Shown piece after piece: positions 57,697-60,029 of a stretch of DNA of 60,029 bases. The DNA is from a virus. Where the stretch lies: UHGV virus genome UHGV-0110462; one strand, 5' to 3'. The notes beneath the pieces were generated by a model that saw only the letters and a list, made by a program, of their open reading frames with translations, did not search any database and had not been told where the DNA came from. Both the position numbers and the translations under genes were made by a program. Every line of letters begins with the position of its first letter. The first letter of the stretch is position 1.

Positions 57697-58006
57697 TTGT
57701 CAGCGGTGCGTTTTTACTGAACTGTCACCACTCATAAAACAGGTTCCGTGATTTTTCATGTGTATACCCATTACTGCGCTCACGTTCGGCTACAGCCTAT
57801 CACTGCCAGTTCTCCGCAAAGATACTGGGTTGAGTTTCACATCATACGTCAGATTAACAATCAACAACGATATTCTGACGGAACCGATTTCAGAATCGGC
57901 TAAACCTACCGGGACTTGTGACGTCCCTTTATTCAGCTTTCCGCTAGTAGGTGGAGAATCGTCACATGGACGAATATATGAAACCAAGTATTAGTAAATG
58001 TCTTAA

Positions 58007-58255
58007 TTATTTTTTTGGCGTGGAAATCGCAAATCCCAGAAATCCAACAAAAATGATTACCGCCATAACAATCACTGAGAGAAATGCTTTTACGATTGTT
58101 GTCCAAATAATCGCTGCTGTAATTTGCCCTGCATCCAAAGCAATACAAGCTGTCAAAATTGATTTAAACAAAAGCAAATAACCTCCGAAATAAAGTCCTC
58201 CTGCAACTCCGGCAATGAGAAATGCAATTGCCAAAATCCATCTTAATTTCTTCAT
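58007..58255 (-). CDS. small integral membrane protein
   Basis: Three predicted TM segments, e.g. ILAIAFLIAGVAGGLYFGGYLLLF. Confidence 0.4.
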   Translation of the reverse strand: MKKLRWILAIAFLIAGVAGGLYFGGYLLLFKSILTACIALDAGQITAAIIWTTIVKAFLSVIVMAVIIFVGFLGFAISTPKK

Positions 58256-58270
58256 CTTCTATTCCTCCGT

Positions 58271-58555
58271 TTACAGTCTATTGTTAAGTTCCATCTGATT
58301 CATTTTCTTGGAGAACAGTTTAAGCTCATATGCCGTTAGTCCTACACACGTATTTCCTATCTTTTTCTGATCCGTTAAATTAGCATCGTATGACTGCAAT
58401 ATATACTCCCCAGATTTTTTATGTCCAATAAATACGATTTGAGTATAATTGTATTCCATACTTTTTCGTCCATATTGAGCATGCCCTCTGTTTTCTTCTA
58501 ACTTTACGAATCCGATATCCGCTAATTTTTCATCTACTGTTTTAAAAAACTTCAT
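58271..58555 (-). CDS. hypothetical protein
   Basis: ORF only. Confidence 0.35.
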   Translation of the reverse strand: MKFFKTVDEKLADIGFVKLEENRGHAQYGRKSMEYNYTQIVFIGHKKSGEYILQSYDANLTDQKKIGNTCVGLTAYELKLFSKKMNQMELNNRL

Positions 58556-58696
58556 GTCTCCTACTCCTCATAAATAATATCCAGTCCGTAAGCAAACGCT
58601 GCATCATAGCATAAACCAGCATCCTCATTGGTCCCACATTGAATTTCGTCTGTGTCATATACTTTCATTTCATCACTCTCCTAAATCAACAGCAAT

Positions 58697-58972
58697 TTAC
58701 TCTTTTCTCTTCTCCCTGTGCTTCATCTGACAAGAAATCATTTGCACCACATTCATTCTTTCTTGTCTGATTCCGTGTCCCTGTTTGAAAAGCTCACATT
58801 CAAGAATCTCTCCGCAGTGAACACATTCATCGTTAATTTCTTTCCCGGCAATTTTCATTTCATTCCTCCCCGGAAATACGTTTCGTGATTCTCTCAGCGA
58901 TATCAGATGTATTTTCACCGACCTCCGGTACCTCATGCAGTGCAGATTCAACAGATGACACAAACGCATCAT
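58697..58972 (-). CDS. hypothetical protein
   Basis: ORF; overlaps 58860..59099 in another frame. Confidence 0.3.
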   Translation of the reverse strand: MMRLCHLLNLHCMRYRRSVKIHLISLRESRNVFPGRNEMKIAGKEINDECVHCGEILECELFKQGHGIRQERMNVVQMISCQMKHREKRKE

Positions 58973-59049
58973 AGAATTCTCCGTGCTTCATCAGCTCGCT
59001 TTTGACAACTTCACATGATGTCTGAAGAATCTGTTCCTTGAACCCGATA

Positions 59050-59421
59050 TCATTCATACGAATCGCCCCGGAAGCTTCTTTCTCCAGCGTACAGATCAAC
59101 CAGAACTCTAATTGCTGTCTTCAAGTCCTCATTGTCTAATTCGAGATATACGTTCTTCTCTTCTGCAATCTCGATTTCACGAATGAGGTCTGATCTGTCG
59201 CAATCCTCATATGGGTCAAACGAGAATGGAAGTGTTTCATCCTCAAGAGATTCTATATCTTCTCCGAATGCATCTGCATCGATTTCCTGTCCGGCAAATT
59301 CCATCGAACAGTCTCTAAACTCAAGAACAAGTCCGCACTCTTCGCACCACTGACTTGCCAAACACAGCATCTCTTTCAGTTCCTGTTTACTCAATCCTTT
59401 TAAATCTTTCTTTGTAATCAT
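59050..59421 (-). CDS. hypothetical acidic protein
   Basis: ORF only. Confidence 0.35.
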   Translation of the reverse strand: MITKKDLKGLSKQELKEMLCLASQWCEECGLVLEFRDCSMEFAGQEIDADAFGEDIESLEDETLPFSFDPYEDCDRSDLIREIEIAEEKNVYLELDNEDLKTAIRVLVDLYAGERSFRGDSYE

Positions 59422-59736
59422 TTTCCTGATATCACCTTTCCGCAGCTCTTACACCGCCAATAATGTTTTGTCTTAAAACTTCCGTCTTCCTGTCGAACAA
59501 GGTCTGAATGGTCATGCACTGTATGATCGTGTCGACAGAACAGGCGTTGAATAATTTTCAGCATGTTGTCCGCCCCTATTCAATTCTCAAAATGTACTTG
59601 ATATCTTTTCCATTGATAATTGCTACTGTCTCTTCATCCTTTTCAAAGACAATCAAGCTGTCTTCTATGATCTTCATCGAATCCGCTGTGATCGTCATCG
59701 TTACTCTCTCTTGAGCTATCTCGTATCTGTGCATAA

Positions 59737-60021
59737 TCAGTTTCTCCTGTTTGTTTTCCGCCTCATTGGCAAACCGTGGTATTTTCGATAGTTATTTGAA
59801 CCGAATAGCAATTCCCAAGCGAATGTGCTTCTAACGAGTGATTCATCAAACTCAAACGCGATATCTAGTCCGCCATCGTTGTTCATATGTGTTGTGATTT
59901 CTGCATCATCCACAAGTTTTTCAGAAAGATCATGAATCCAATCATCTATAATCGTCATTCTTCTAACAATTCCGTCAGACGTTATAAAGACCTGTCCGAG
60001 ATTTTCATCTTTTTCACCCAT
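59737..60021 (-). CDS. hypothetical protein
   Basis: ORF only. Confidence 0.3.
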   Translation of the reverse strand: MGEKDENLGQVFITSDGIVRRMTIIDDWIHDLSEKLVDDAEITTHMNNDGGLDIAFEFDESLVRSTFAWELLFGSNNYRKYHGLPMRRKTNRRN

Positions 60022-60029
60022 CGCATACA

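Noticed and set aside
57700-58006. tmRNA / RNase P / SRP RNA in the non-coding stretch next to the tRNAs
   Set aside because: There is no tag-peptide reading frame ending ...ALAA and no RNase P GGAAAGTCCGGGC or SRP domain IV consensus. The adjacent tRNA-like T-arm belongs to a complete tRNA-Ser.

Overview
This 60 kb window is low-GC, mostly minus-strand coding, and looks like an accessory region of a Gram-positive (Firmicutes/Clostridia-like) chromosome; the host assignment is inference only. It splits into four blocks:

1. **1-14.2 kb: a phage/ICE-like island.** It carries an XRE repressor, an FtsK/SpoIIIE-like ATPase, two ORF6N antirepressor-like genes, two RHH proteins, an iteron array, two membrane-anchored Mrr-cat nuclease-fold paralogs, an HExxH peptidase and a cluster of low-complexity spore-coat-like proteins.
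2. **About 14.2-57.05 kb: a lambda-like temperate siphovirus prophage.** Left end: candidate attL arm repeats, tyrosine integrase, excisionase-like protein. Early operon: YqaJ exonuclease, RecT, RusA, SSB, replisome organizer, antirepressor, Cro/CI switch with GTTCAA operators. Lysis and regulation: a GH25 endolysin near the switch. Accessory tail genes: SGNH-esterase tail protein and the DGR (next paragraph). Late genes: tape measure, major tail, E-family major capsid plus D-like decoration protein, portal, large terminase.
3. **57.06-57.70 kb: a tRNA cluster.** Gln-like, a truncated tRNA-like fragment, Arg and Ser.
4. **58-60 kb:** more small unknown ORFs.

The standout feature is a diversity-generating retroelement inside the prophage tail module. 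It has a reverse transcriptase with the IGxxxSQ motif, a template repeat and a variable repeat at the 3' end of a tail-fibre gene, with hand-verified adenine-specific TR-to-VR substitutions.

A second notable feature is a duplicated promoter-leader-terminator element with a covarying stem upstream of two island genes; it is a candidate riboregulator/attenuator.

No CRISPR array or rRNA was seen. All family assignments are from motif recognition by eye and need HMM/BLAST confirmation.
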